DNA from: Octopus sinensis
Taxonomy: Eukaryota
Assembly: GCF_006345805.1 (NCBI RefSeq)
Contig: NW_021835960.1
Span: 62,001-126,000, forward strand
DNA: 64,000 nt
Direction of reading: 5' to 3'
Part shown: positions 1 to 13,941 of the stretch, piece after piece
How positions within the stretch are numbered: the first letter of the stretch is position 1
How the letters are laid out: the number at the start of each line of letters is the position of its first letter
Notes under the pieces: generated by a model
The model's input: the letters and a program-made list of their open reading frames with translations, nothing else
Told to the model about the DNA's origin: nothing
Databases searched by the model: none
Position numbers and translations under genes: made by a program

Positions 1-190
1 GTATTTCGTCTACCGTTACGTTCGGAGTTCAAATTCTACCGAGGTCAACTTTGCCTTTCATCCTTTTGGGGTCGATAAATTAAGTACCAATTACGCACTG
101 GGGTCAATGTAATCGACTTAATCCATTTGTTAGTCCTTGTTTGTCCCCTCTGTGTGTAGCCCCTTGTGGGTAGTAAAGAAATAGGTATTT
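1..190 (+). mobile_element. tRNA-headed SINE family B, cut by the window edge
   Basis: gagttcaaatt B-box, then ctttgcctttcatcctttyggggtcgataaattaagtacca core; near-identical copies at 21133 and 59680. Confidence 0.85.
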
Positions 191-490
191 CTTCTCATTC
201 TTTACATTGTAAGATTGCCTGCAACAGCAGTAGTGTCAAGCTGTACCAGCCCTTGCCTTTCCTTTGAATGTTCTTTAGGTGAGGTGGCATGGAGGGAGGA
301 GATACTTGTTGCATGAGCAACTGCAGGTCTTCTATAAAATAGAAAAAGGCCTTGACAAGACCTGCACACTGATAGAGAGTGGGGACATTTTAGGTCCAGA
401 TATATGGTGAACACTGGTCAGCAGAGGTATTGAATATGATCCTATATCTCCACTGTGTTTTCAATAGACTCTAGGATATATCTCTTTCAT

Positions 491-811
491 CTCTTTTACA
501 AGTTTCAGTCATTAGACTGTGGCCATGCTGGGGCATAGCCTTGAATTTTTTTTTGTTTTTTTAGTTGAATGAAATGACCCTTGTACATGTTTATTTTTTA
601 TGAAAGTTTTGTACTTATTTTATCGGTCTCTTTGCTGAACTGCTAAGTTATGGGTATGTGGACACACACCAACACCAGTTATCAAGCAGTGGTGGGGGAC
701 AAAGTCACATAGGCACACACAGCAGGACTGAACCCTGAGCCATGTGCTCAGGAAGCAAATTTCACACACACGCACACTCTCACACATGCATGCACACACA
801 CACACTTTCAC

Positions 812-849
<38 letters not shown>

Positions 850-1079
850 ACATGCACACACACTCTCATACACATGCACATATGCCCACACACACACTCT
901 CTCACACACATGCACACACATACACGACAGGCTTCTTTCAGCTTCTATCTACCAAATCCACTCACAACGCTTTGGTCAGCCCGAGGTTATAGAAAAAGAC
1001 ACTTGCCCAAGGTGCCACACAGTGGCACTAAACCCGGAGCCATGTGGTCAGGAAGCAAACTTCTTACTGCACAGTCACG
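491..1079 (-). mobile_element. SINE family A (OR2/CORE-like) with expanded (CA)n
   Basis: Reverse complement of the head ggctgtgtggtaag..gggttcagtccc plus the CORE-like gtggcaccttgggcaagt. Confidence 0.85.
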
Positions 1080-1707
1080 TGAGATTTAGTTGCTGTTTCT
1101 AGTAGGTTGATCAACCCGCTTTGAGGCTCTTTTACCTAATAGTATATTCTGTTTATAAATAGTGCAGAAAATTTGAAGGTATACAAAAACAAGGCAACGC
1201 TGTGTTAGTAGCACACACTGAATATTCATACCTGTTTAAAATGGTTTCAATATCCAGTCTCTGTATATGGGTATCCCATGTGTGTGCGTGACTGAGTATG
1301 TGAAGGATATCCAATCTCCAACTTGTAATTTAATTCAGCTAGAGGTGCTGTGTGCAATTTTCGTTTGTCTGATTAGTTTCTTACTTATTTGTAACAGCCT
1401 AGGTGTGTGCAATTGTAGTCTTGAATGAATATTAAATAGCTGCTGTTTGCATTATTTGAACGAGGTGTTCACAAGTGCAGATGGAGTAGGAAGGAGATGG
1501 AGAGATAAATTTCGCACTTGCTACAGCAGAAGCACAACACAATCATTAATTAGGTAGACCTAAATTTAGTAGTAATATGCAAATATAATGAAGGAATCGC
1601 TATATAGCTGGTTGAATTATTATAAATAGCAGCCAGATTTCTCTCAAATCAACCTGTACTGTCATATAAAAAAAAAGAAAGAAAAAAAAAAGATATTGGT
1701 ATACAAA

Positions 1708-2080
1708 TAGCTGTGTAGTAAGAAATTTGTTTCCCAACTATATGGTTCTGGGTTCAGTCCCACTGTGTGGCATTTTGAGCAAGTGTCTTCTAATATAGCC
1801 CCAGGCCAACCAATGCCTTGTGAATGGATTTGGTTGTTAGAAACTGAAAGAAGCCTCTCATGTATGTTTATATCTATCTGTGTATGTTTGTGTTTGCCCC
1901 TCACTACTGGTGTTGGTTTGTTTATGTCCTTGTGACTTAGTGGTTCAACAAAAAAGACCGTTACAACTGAGTACCAAGCTTTTAAAAAAATACAAGAAGT
2001 ATTGGAGCTTGTTCAGCTAAACCCTTCAAGGCAGTGCCCCAGTGTCGCTACTATCCAGTGACTGAAACAAATAAAAATAA
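1708..2080 (+). mobile_element. SINE family A
   Basis: Head, CORE-like segment and gactgaaacaa tail. Confidence 0.8.
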
Positions 2081-2339
2081 ATATATATTTGATAATGCGG
2101 TGCCCCAGCATGGCCACAGCTCGTGAGCTGAAACTAGATAAAATGAAAAAATGAATGAAATGCAATGTGAAATAAATTATGTATATAAAGGCAGGGCCCT
2201 TTTGATTATTAATTGGCAGAAGTGTGACTCAAGTGCTGAGAGTTACATGCATTGATAAGTGTCAATACTCAAAATTCTCATCCCTTGAGTCACTCTGTAA
2301 CTTTGGCCAGTTAATAATATATATATGTATATATACATG

Positions 2340-2510
2340 CATGCATATGCATACTCTGTAAAGTGGCTGGCATTAGGAAGGGCATCCATCTGTAGAAACT
2401 ATGCCAAAGCTGACACTGGAGCTCAATGCAGTCTTGCAGCTTACTGGATCCTGTCAAACTGTCCAATCCATGCCAGCATAGAAAACAGATGTTAACTGAT
2501 AATGATGGTG
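2340..2510 (+). mobile_element. RTE-type LINE 3' UTR fragment
   Basis: ttaggaagggcatcc motif and (GAT)n-like tail; same motif follows the RTE ORF remnant at 36320-36815. Confidence 0.7.
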
Positions 2511-3929
2511 GTGTTGCTGGTGGTGATGTCATCAGTGTCAGCAGCGGTGGCATCGTCGATGACGATGATATTCTTTCAGTTCTATTTTCTTGTTTGTATG
2601 ACCAAACCCGTATTTTTTATCATAGATCTGGTGAGTCAAGTCTAACAATGGGACTAAAAGACAATAACAACAACTAACATTCTCACAAGCCAGTAAGGAA
2701 ACACCTACAGAGTTGTTTGGCTTCCAAGAAATAGCTGTCAACTTTTCCTCAAACAACACTGTTCTGGACATAAAATGCCAAAAAGGAAGATAACATGCTA
2801 ATGTCAAGAAGGCCTGTTGGATAATAAAATAAATGTAAGTGAATTTCAGAAGGTATAATTTACCCAACAGTTAACTGGACTCTTAGACTAAACTGGTTAT
2901 ACCACTTAAGGTACCTTGGATCTGGGGTACCATCACTATCTAGAAGGATTGCAAAGCAGACTGTAGAACAGAATATGGCAACAGAAGAGTATCCAGGTGT
3001 CATGGTCTGGAAACAGCCTGGCTCCCTTAGAGGGTAAGAAATTAAGGGCTGAAACACTTGCATGAGGAGAAACACTTCTTTTCTGAGGATCTTCCGCTGC
3101 TCAGCTCTCGCTAGAGTTTCTTACTACTAAAGAAGCTATTTATTGCAACTTGCCTCTGTTGTAACTGGTATTAAAATCTACAGACATATGGAAACAAAGT
3201 GGATAGTGAAGAGAGATACTGCATAACAGAACATGCAGTATGGTCTGTAGGTGTGACATGTTTAGAGCTTTGGATCTGTATGTTGTGCCTAGTTAATCAG
3301 CCAACAACCTACTGTTGGCACAAATCTATTCAATCAGGCTGATTTAGAACTACGCTACAAAGACCACTATTTCTCAATGACTGATCTATAGTTGTAAATC
3401 ATAAAAGCTGTGAATAGCAAGCTATCGATGATGTACCATTATAAAGTGTATATGTAAATCATATTATGGGCAGTGTCCAACCATGATCTTCATGTCATAA
3501 TTTTCATGCATGTGGTCTTCTTGGACCCTTCATAAAATGTTAGGGTATGAGTTTTACGGAAATTTGGCTTCCATTTCTGACAGATTGAACAACCAAGTGA
3601 CACTCATAGTGACATCAGCACTCGATATTGCAGGGTAGTGAAATACTCATGAATTATGCAGTACTACCAGCTGTAGCAGGTAATACTCCTTGTTATTTAT
3701 TTACAGCTAGGTTGACTGGGCTATTTGAGAATCAAACACATTTGCTATGGACAGTGTAGTACTTATGATGACAAGATATGAACCGTGCACTCTTCAATTT
3801 GCAGCTTGGTCCAGTTTTTCATTTCAGCTGTCAGTGGTTGGATACTAATTTATTTATTTATTTTTTTGTTGAAACATTATTATTCCTAAATCTCTCAGCA
3901 AGAGATATTCAGTAGCAGTACTTTAAAGT

Positions 3930-4166
3930 AAAGGTTATTTGCCAACCTAATATGGCAGTCCCACTTGGGACGGATGCTCCTGTTGTTTAGCCCCAGGAGA
4001 CATCATCTCCGGCTGGCTAAACAGGAGTGCTAAACTCCCCTTTTCGAAAATATAAGGACTGAGATTGTGTATCGTATAGCCAGCTGGAGACGATGTCTCC
4101 TGGGGCTAAACTACAGTAGCATTTGTTCCAACTGGGACTGCCACATCAGGTTGGTAAATAACCTTT
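3930..4166. mobile_element. Foldback/MITE with about 90 bp imperfect inverted arms
   Basis: 3930-4019 is the reverse complement of 4077-4166 (aaggttatttgccaacc ... ggttggtaaataacctt). Confidence 0.85.
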
Positions 4167-4199
4167 TTTTTTTGTTGAGATAGACTTAAATCTAACATT

Positions 4200-4420
4200 G
4201 GATTAATAATTCTTACTTAATATAGGCTCAAGGCCTGAAATTTGGATGAAGTGGGTGGTTGATTAGATTAACCCTTGTACTTAACTGGTACTTGTTTTAT
4301 CAATTCCTGAAAGGATGAAAGTCAAAATCAGCCTCAGTAACATTTGAACTCAGAATGTAAAGCTTGAAGAAAAGCTGCTAAATACATTATCTGGCATATT
4401 AATGATTCTACCAGCTTGCT
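4200..4420 (-). mobile_element. SINE family B, degraded
   Basis: aaggatgaaa..tttgaactcagaatgtaaag matches the reverse family B core. Confidence 0.65.
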
Positions 4421-4646
4421 GCACTAGCATTGGTTTAATAATAAATATTGTTTTGCAATTATAACTCATCTACTGTAATTCTGCAGTCTACTCTTACCTT
4501 AATATCTGTCCTGTGGAAGAAGCAAATTATATGCAAACAAAAATTCTCTTTCCACACATATTAATTCAATATTAAAACTTGAGTAAATTTAACAGAACCT
4601 CAATGATTTATTTTTGTTTTTTTATATATACCCTTACCCCTTTACC

Positions 4647-5006
4647 CTTTTACTTGTTTCAGTCATGTGACTGTGGCCTTGCTGGAGCACCACCTTTAGT
4701 CGAGCAAATCAACCCCAGGACTTATTCTTTGTAAACCTAGTACTTATTCTATCAGTCTCTTTTGCCAAACCACTAAGTTGGTTGTCAAACGATGTTAGGG
4801 GAACAAACACAGACCCACAAATATATACACACACATATATACATATATACGACGAGCTTCTTTCAGTTTCCGTCTACCAAATCCACTCAGAAGGCTTTGG
4901 TCAGCCTGAGGCTATAGTAGAAGACACTTGCTCAAGGTGCCACACAGTGGGACTGAACCCGAAACCATGTAGTTCGTAAGCAAGCTACTTACCACACAAC
5001 CACTGC
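4647..5006 (-). mobile_element. SINE family A, full length
   Basis: High similarity to the other family A copies. Confidence 0.9.
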
Positions 5007-5303
5007 TACTCCCACACACATTTTCTTGTGTGTGTGTGTGTGTACATATGCATGTGTAGTTATATGCATCTGCATATACATATGTACATCTATGTGTATG
5101 TATGTATACATTATTTTCATATATGCATGCATGTGTGTTGAACTTTTACCTTTTTAAGGCTAACAAGCTTTCATCAAACTGAAACTTTGCAGTCACTGTC
5201 AACCCTCTTTCAGTAAAAAGTTAAATAAACATGAATTCTACTAAAAGTATTGCAATTCCTCAGTTTAATGTTAAATTGTTTTGATGTATAACTTCACCAT
5301 AAA

Positions 5304-5356
<53 letters not shown>

Positions 5357-8258
5357 TTTGGAAATGTAAGTTACTTAAAGCATTTACCTTCCTTTTCCCT
5401 CATTATAATCCCTCTCATTTCTTGTTTTCCTGCTTCCACTCTTGTTTATTCTCTCACGTTGTTTTCCTTTCACTTTCTGTCTCCCTTATTGATTCTCTTT
5501 GTATCCCCTAACATACACTCCTCAAAGATGTATTGCGCACACTCTCTGTCTATTGTTCTATTTACAATGGTAAAACCTTAGAAAAAAAGACATTATTATC
5601 TATATTGATTCATGAAATTTAATTCTGGGGTGATTAAGCTAGGGCTGCACGTAGGGAAAATGTTTTACTCTGCTTAATTAATTATAGTTTTAAATAGAAA
5701 AGATCCATGTACGTTTTCTATAACCTGGTTGAATATAAAATGTTTATTCATTATCATTTACCTTCACAATGTAATATCTTGTGTTTCAAGCATAGCTTCA
5801 TAGAAACTTAATGAATCAACAAAACTCAAGGAAAAATATTTGAACTCTGGTTAAAACAACTATTTTAAAATAAAATTACACTGATTTTTATTTCTGTCAA
5901 CTTAATTAAAGCATACTGCCTGTTCTAATGTGTAATTATAACATGTAACACGTTGTTGAGAGGAAAGCTGTGTAAGATTTATTTTGGAGTTGGTGATATA
6001 AGATATGCACTGTTGTTCATGATTATGTATGGCTTTTACTGGTATGATCTTTGATTGAAGATTTCACTTTGAATGAAGTGTTAAATCCTAAAATTTATTA
6101 AAAATTGTTAAGTTTATGAAATTGTCTTGCAAGATTCCTGATGTGAAATCATGTGTTGAAACAGATACAGTTATATTTCGGAAGTAGACATGTGGGGTGA
6201 AAGAGTCACTGAAGAGGTTACAGGTGTGTGACAAAAGATTTCCAGACAATTGATATAAAAAAAATTAAGGAGAATAATAAATGAGCGAAGAACAAATATA
6301 CATAGTGCATATGTTTATTTGGCATGAAATAAAAAAAATGATCATCTCAAAATATAACACTTACTAAAAATTCCTTTTCACTAAATATAACAGAATAGAC
6401 ACTTTACGAATTATATATGTAATATAATATTGGTTTCTGAGCAGTGTTAAATTTTTTGCAGTCACAAAGGATTTTCCTCCTTGTTTCATTTTTACTGCAT
6501 TTTATCTTTTTTTATTTACATCTTTAGTGTTGAGTTTAATGACTCATAGGAAAAACCTTGAATCATCATATGTGTTTATTGAAGTCAGAGAGTAATTTAT
6601 AAAACAGAATTTTCCATCCCACATATTTTACAATCAATGCTATTGATAAAAGAGCAATTTTCCAAACACACACACACATACATACATATATATATATATA
6701 CACACACACACATATATACATATATATACACACAGACACAAGCGTTTGTGTGTTATCCCACTTGCAAACTTAGAAAGTCAGTTCTTTGGGAAAATTGTAT
6801 CTGATATATTTCACAAATGTTTTGCACCAAATTTCTGTATGACATCCTGTTTAGTAGGTTTTTCAATAAAATCTTTCAAAAGTGTCAGGAAATAACAAAA
6901 CAATATAGTTTCTTTATATTTCCAATAATAACACCGGAAAAAAATAATTGGGTCAATTGAAAATCAGTTTTTTTCAATGCAAGTGTTCTCTATTGTATGC
7001 ACGTAAGATCAAGTGTGTAATGTGTATCCAGTACTGAATGCTGTCTTGCATAGGGAAAATTTTAACCACCGTTGTTTCAGTCTTTTGAAGATGAAATAAT
7101 AATTGCAAATGTAAACAAAATATATGCATATATTTTGATATATTTTGTTTATATACAAGGTCATCTTGTATATAAACACAATATCTTATATACATGATCA
7201 TTGTTATGTCCTGTCCTTCCTCCTTTCACTTTCCTTTATTCTCCCCCATTGTCTTTTTCTCTAATTTTCCCACCTCACTCCTTTTTGTGTTACCTGTGTG
7301 ATTTGCTCTCTGAAATAAAGGAGAGGGAGCAGATATGGAAAGAAAAGAGTGTGACAGACTGTCTTTTAGATTTAAAAAAAAAAAGGTAGTGACAAATATG
7401 CAGGATAAAACAAATCAATTCAGATATTGATAAGGTTCCCAGTGATTCATTGAAGGAGTAGGGGTGAGACTCTTTCTTTTTCATACATAAGATATGTATA
7501 TAGGTCTGTATCTCTGTATGGTTGTGCGTTGTTGGTAATATATTGATAAATGATAAAAATCTACGTATGTTTGTGTGTGAAGATATCTATCGACATGTAT
7601 ATAAGAAGTAGAGATATAGAAGTAGAGATTTAGTTTATCTCTTCTTTGTGCCTGAGAGTAACTATATGTCAGTCTCATAAGCCAAGCACTGATATCAGTT
7701 TGGTTGACATTACCGAATGATAAATTCAAATGACATAAAAATTGTGCGTACATCGGTGACATAGTGGATAGCAACATTGTACTTGATAAATGTTCCTAAT
7801 TCAAATCCAGTCTGAAACCATGACTGGAACCAGAAATAAAACACTTGATGATTGTTTATTTGAGGATAATCCTGCACCCTACCTTTCTCATTGCTGCTGG
7901 AGATTATTAAGGCCTGTGAAACATTACTATTTTAGAGTCATTGTCTCAGAGTTATGATATTGCTGTTTCTTATAAAAGCCATGAACTTCTGAAGCATTTA
8001 CCTGATGTGAACTCATTTCTTTTCATCTACTCTATTCACATATCTTTGTTCATATATTTTATCACATCCTTCCTTCCTTCTGTTTTATAAAATGAGAAGG
8101 AGAACCTCTATGTGATCATCTGATCTGCAAGAAATAACAACCAAATCTCCATAGAATCATACCTCTGATATTTATACCTGAAGAAAGAAGAAAACATTCA
8201 GTATTGTAGCCTTTGATACATTGTCTGACAAGGAAAAAAAAAGAAAGAGGATTGTCAT

Positions 8259-8610
8259 AGGCTCAGGTGAGGCTGTGTGGTAAGAAGTTTGTTTCTCAAC
8301 CACATGGTTCTGGGTTCAGTTCCACCTTGTGGCACCTTGAGCAAGTACCTTCTATTATACCCCTAGGCCAACCAAAGCCTTGTGATTGGATTTGGTAGAT
8401 GGAAACTGAAAGAAGTCCATCATATATGTGTGTTTGTCCACCACCACCACCACCACTTGACAACTGGTGTTGGTTTGTTTACATCCCTGTAACTTAGTGG
8501 TTTACAATCACATAAAAAAAATTAATTACTGGAACCAATTTCTTTGACTAAATCCTTCAAGGTGGTGCTCCAGCATGGCTTCACTCTAATGACTGAAACA
8601 AGTAAAAGAA
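8259..8610 (+). mobile_element. SINE family A
   Basis: Head, core and tail present. Confidence 0.8.
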
Positions 8611-9046
8611 CAAACGAATTAGCTGGAATGTGGCCTGCCATCACAGATCTGCCTACTCTGCCTAATCAGCAACAACAATGATAGCAACTATCTTTTGCCC
8701 CTAGGTATGTCATCTCTATCTATCTAAATCCATTTCATGCACCCCAAATTATTTTTCAAACCCTTGATAAACATTTTAATGCTAGATGAATTTAGCCATT
8801 GAGAGTTCAGTTAAGAATATAGGCTTCGGCAACATACACTAATCTGGAACTGGCTCAAAATGCCAATCTCTCAGTTTTTTCATCTCATCATCCCAGCTTC
8901 CACACGTTAAGCCCTTAGCTTGAAGAAAGCTTAAAATTAATGTTGAGCTCAAAGATTTCCTCTTTGAATTATTGATTATGAAATGATTTTCATATTTCAA
9001 ATCCTGCCAAGGTCAACTTTGCCTTTATTCCCTCTGGGGTTTTTTT

Positions 9047-9432
9047 CTTTTACTTGTTTCAGTCATTTGACTGTGGCCATGTTGGAGCACTGCCTTTAGT
9101 CAAGCAAATCGACCCCAGGACTTATTCTTTGTAAGCCTAGTACTTATTCTATCGGTCTCTTTTGCCGAACCACTAAGTTACAGGGACGTAAACACACCAG
9201 CATTGGTTGTCAAGCGATGTTAGGGGCACAAACACAGACACACAAACACACACACACACATATATACACATATATACGACCGGCTTCTTTCAGTTTCCAT
9301 CTACCAAATTCACTCACAAGGCTTTGGTCAGCCCGAGGCTGTAGTAGAAGACACTTGCCCAAGGTGCTACACAGTGAGACCGAACCCAGAACCATGTGGT
9401 TGGTGAGCAAGCTACTTACCACACAGCCATGC
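9047..9432 (-). mobile_element. SINE family A, full length
   Basis: Near-consensus copy. Confidence 0.9.
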
Positions 9433-9669
9433 AGTCTTCCACACTTATCAATCCTCTTCATGTATAGGTGATCAGTGTCTGCACATGGATGATGTTAGGA
9501 GCTTTCTTGACTTCCTGTCCATCTCCTTTAGCTCCTCCTCTGTCTACTTCAGGATTGCAGTGCCATACCGAACTACTGTGAATGCACGTGAGCTTATTGC
9601 CGAAATTAAAGTTTTTGGCATTTAGCTTTGAAGCCAATATTTTTCTCACTTGCCTCAGATACTCTCTTT

Positions 9670-9672
<3 letters not shown>
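9431..9672 (-). mobile_element. R4/Dong-like non-LTR retrotransposon RT fragment, frameshifted
   Basis: Joining frames gives EYLRQVRKILASKLNAKN..SAISSRAFTVVRYGTAILK*TEEELKEMDRKSRKLLT...RGLISVEDC, typical of the late RT region of R4-clade elements. Abuts (ATT)n at 9672-9720. Confidence 0.75.
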
Positions 9673-9721
<49 letters not shown>

Positions 9722-11645
9722 CCCTCACACAATATTTCTGGCCTTGTGCCTACATTAGAAATACTTATCATCATCAGCATCATCATTTTTTATTACAAGA
9801 TTGGTACATGATAGAATTGGTGGAGCACAAAAACACCTTGTAATATTTAAGTAGCTTTGTTTTCTGACTTCACTTTTCATTCTTCTGGAGTTGATAAGAT
9901 AAGTACCAATCACGTATGGTTTAAACTACTGTGGCTTCTCCAAAAATCTGTGGCATTGTGCCAATTTTAGAAAATGTCATCATCATCTTCATGATCACCA
10001 TTAGTATGAAGATGTTTTTTTTTATTCTCCCTTCAGAACATGTTTTACTCAAGTTTAACCAAATGATATTTTCTTTTGAATACTTGTAAAAAGAACTATA
10101 ATTGCCTATGGAAAACCTGTCTTTGATGCCCATGGGCAGATAATTGAAAGGAAAAAGAGGTTTCTTTCACAAAATTAAAATTTTATTTATACACCTTGAT
10201 ATTGGCTGGTCGTAGGTATCGACTGGTTATAGGCATCAACTGGTTATTGATATTGGCTGGTTATAAGTACTGACTAGTTATGGGAATTGCTTTTCGTACT
10301 TTTTAGCCTCAGTTTCCTATGATCATATCAAACCAGTGATAGCACATGGCCTAGTGATTAGGCTGTTTGCCCTATGATTATAATGTTGTGGGCTCAATTC
10401 CTGGATTGGTCGACATATTGTGTCCTTAAGCTAGGAATTTCATTTCAAATTACTGTAGCCTACCTTGCAGAAACGAAATGAGTACCAGCTAGGTGCTAAT
10501 ACAACCCTGCCACCAGCTGTCACATTCTCAACGTTTTGCTGTGTCATGGCAAAAAACATTCCACAATGTGTTTTTTTTTTACTGTGTTTAAAGAAGGCAG
10601 AGTTTGATTTGAGGGAGATTTGGTTGCTGTGTCTATTGGTTTGAGTGGCCATGTATCAGCTACTTAATTGGTTCCTATTCAATAGCTGTAATGAATGACA
10701 TGAGCATTTAAACCAAAAATGTTGTATAGAATGACATATAGTTATCTCAGCACAGTGTATGGTATTTTCACAAATAAATCTTACTGCTGACATTTATTCC
10801 AAGGACTTTGTGCATATATATATATATATATATATATTCTGTTTTTTAAATGACTTAGTTTTCTTGCGCTCTTTTTATATTTAGCAAATGTGAATTGGAT
10901 GTGATTTAGTTAAATAACTAACTATTCTTACTCTGATAATGTTATCAACCTGATGTTTGAAGCATAGCTTAGCAAAATGTCCTCACATAAAATTATAGCA
11001 GCCGGTTTTAATTTAAAAATGAATAGTTTAAACCAAAAGTTTTGTAATGATAAAACCATGGGCAGTCTCAGAGCAGTGGATGGTGTAAATATTGGAGTAT
11101 CAGATGCTCAAGAGAGATGCCTAGCTGTATCTCTTCTGGTGCTTTTTCATTTTGAGTTTTTGTCAAGCTGACTTAATCCATTTCTCAGTTTTAAAACCCA
11201 CCATAGAAAAGGATTGATATTAAATCAAGGAAACACTAAGATAGTCTGTTGCAGAGTGAAACATCTTTTATGGTAAGAGCAACAAGGCTAGTTCTAATAG
11301 TGGTTTTGGTAGTTCGCTTATAAGTTGTTGTTTAATCTCTAGACCATTCTTGATTAAGCAAACCTATAACGAAAGACATTCTAGCTGTGACAATCCCATA
11401 TTTTACTCAGGTATAATATATGAAGAACCACATTATCCAATCTATCCTATTTTTATAAAATATGATCTGGTGTGATTTGAGGAAGACTTGCTGTTATTTC
11501 TTACAGGTCAATTGATGGCATAGACATTGTGGTATTACAAGTAACAGCTGTAGTGGTTATGTTATTGTAGTTGATCAAAGGCATGCCAGACATGACCACC
11601 CAATCTTCTGTTTGGGATAGTGTACCTATCATTATCTTTTTTTTT

Positions 11646-11798
11646 ACTTTTTACTTGTTTCAGGACTTATTCTTTGTAAACCTAGTACTTATCCTATCGG
11701 TCACTTTTTGCTGAACCACTAAGTTACGGGGACGTAAACACACCACCAGCATCGGTTGTCAAGCAATGTTGGGGGGATAAACACAGACACAAACATAT

Positions 11799-11897
<99 letters not shown>

Positions 11898-12070
11898 CAA
11901 ATATACGACGGGCTTCTTTCAGTTTCCGTCTACCAAATCCACTCACAAGGTTTTGTTTGGCCTGAGGCTATAGTAGAAGACACTTGCCCAAGGTGCCACG
12001 CCGTGGAACTGAACCCGGAACCATATGGTTGGTACGCAAGTTACTTATCACACAGCCACTCCTGCGCCTA
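11646..12070 (-). mobile_element. SINE family A with long (TA)n and an internal deletion
   Basis: Sequence similarity; the tail is shortened at caggacttatt. Confidence 0.85.
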
Positions 12071-12639
12071 TAATCTAATGTACATTTTTTTAAGATGTTA
12101 GGCTGTGATTTGAGGAAGGTTTAGATGCTATTTCTACGAAGTCAAGTGAGCATGTAGAAGATCTCTTGATGGTGTTGTTTGCTATAAGTTGTTGTTTAAC
12201 TTGCAGCTCAGCCTTGATTGAGCAGACAAAAGATGGTCACAAGTACTCTGACTATGACCATCCTGTCTTTTACTCAGACATAGTGTGTGCAAAACTCCAT
12301 TATCTAATGTCTCCATTCTTGTTGGTTTTTTTTTTATAACATGACATTGTGTAATTTTAGAGATATTTAGCTGCTATGTCTAGCAGGTTGGGTGGTATTG
12401 TTAGTTGTGCTCTTTAGCCCTGTTTGAAGATATTTATGAACAAAATCGTTTTACTATGACCACTCCTCACCCCTTTTTTTACCGTTTCATGCATCCATCC
12501 CTTTTAAGATGTCAGAGTATGACTTAAGGAAGATTTTGCTACTATTTCTAGCAGATTGAATGACCACCTAGAGAAACTCTCAATCGTTTGGTGATGTTAT
12601 AAAGGGCTAGCTACTGCAGTAATGGTTGGGTCACTAGTA

Positions 12640-13790
12640 GTAGTAGTAGTAGTAGTTGTGTGAGGCTGAAAAAACAACTGCATTAGGGATATTGTTCATT
12701 GTAGTAATAAAGGAATAGTAGGGGATATTATGATGGCGTTGATGGTGGTGGTGGTGGTAGTGATGGTGTTGATGAGTCAGCCTTGTGTTAATACTCTGTT
12801 GTGTTGATGATGATGATGAGGATGAGGATGATGATGATGATGAGTCAGCGTTGGTAATGCTGCGTACTGTGGTTGATGATGATGGTTGTGATGTTTATGA
12901 TGGTGTTGATAATGATGGTGTTGATGATGATGATGGTTGATGATGATGATGATGAATCAAGTTTGGTAATGTTGTGTGCTGTTGTTGTTGATGATGACAG
13001 TGGTGATGATGATGATGATGATGATGAATCAACTTCGATGATGTGTGCTGTTGTTGTTGATGATGACGATGGTGTTGGTCATGATGATGACGATGGTGTT
13101 GGTCATGATGATGACGATGGTGTTGGTCATGATGATGACGATGACGATGATGATGATGATGATGGTGGTGGCGGTGTTGGTTGTGAGGATAGTGATGATT
13201 GTGATTATGATGATGATGATGACAATGATGGTTGTGCAGATAGTGCTGATGATGATGATGATGATGGCAAGAATGGTGTTATTGATGATGATGATGATGA
13301 TGATGATGATGACGACGACAATGTCGGTTATGAAGATAGTGATGATGAGGGGTCATTCAGTTCTGTTTCTTGCAAAAGGAAAACGTATGGGATTTATTTA
13401 TTCATTTACTTTATTTGGGGTTTTTTTTTTTTGGGGGGGGGGGTTTGTTTGTTTTTTGTTTGCATTTTGTATTACTTACTCATTCATTCATTCATTTATT
13501 TATTTATTTATTTATTTTGCGGAAAAAAGCAACTGTTGCTTGATATGTTGTTGTTGTTGTTACTGTTGTTACTTGAGATGGCGGCAGTTGTTGGACTTGT
13601 TCCTGCTGCTGCTGCTACTGCTGTTGTTGTTGCTGCTGCTGCTGCAGTTGCTGCTGCAGTTGTTGCTGCTGCAGTTGTTGCTGCTGCAGTTGTTGTTGTT
13701 GTTTGTGATTGGATGACATTGTTGCAACGATGCTGGCTGTGTTGTTGTTGATAACTGCAATCCTTTTATTGATTTGAGTGGCCCTGTTGT
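12640..13790. repeat. Compound trinucleotide microsatellite, (GAT)n/(GTT)n/(GCT)n
   Basis: Direct inspection; includes three copies of the 24-bp unit ggtgttggtcatgatgatgacgat. Confidence 0.95.
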
Positions 13791-13941
13791 TGTTCTTGTT
13801 GCCTATTGGGATAGGTAGGTGCTAAGTGGCATTAGCAGTGGAGGGGGGGGGGGGGTTAGCAGCCTGGCTGTGGCTTACATGTTGATAGAAACTTCTCTCT
13901 CACTCTCTTTCTAACCCTTTACTCTCTCTCTCTCTCTCTCT

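Noticed and set aside
2626-2630. 5-nt microexon signature (ttttttatcatag|ATCTG|gtgagt)
   Set aside because: It lies in a decayed copy of a common repeat (compare about 55185-55200) and is 35 kb upstream of the ATG, so it cannot explain the exon 3/4 mismatch.
2640-3480. Less AT-rich unique segment as a coding or LINE remnant
   Set aside because: The frames I translated by hand are full of stops and show no recognisable motif; a BLASTx search would be needed.
12873-13751. 292-aa Asp-rich ORF resembling acidic biomineralisation proteins, plus an overlapping poly-Met ORF
   Set aside because: Trinucleotide repeats keep two frames open, the ORF runs through poly-T/poly-G tracts, and there is no splice or domain support.
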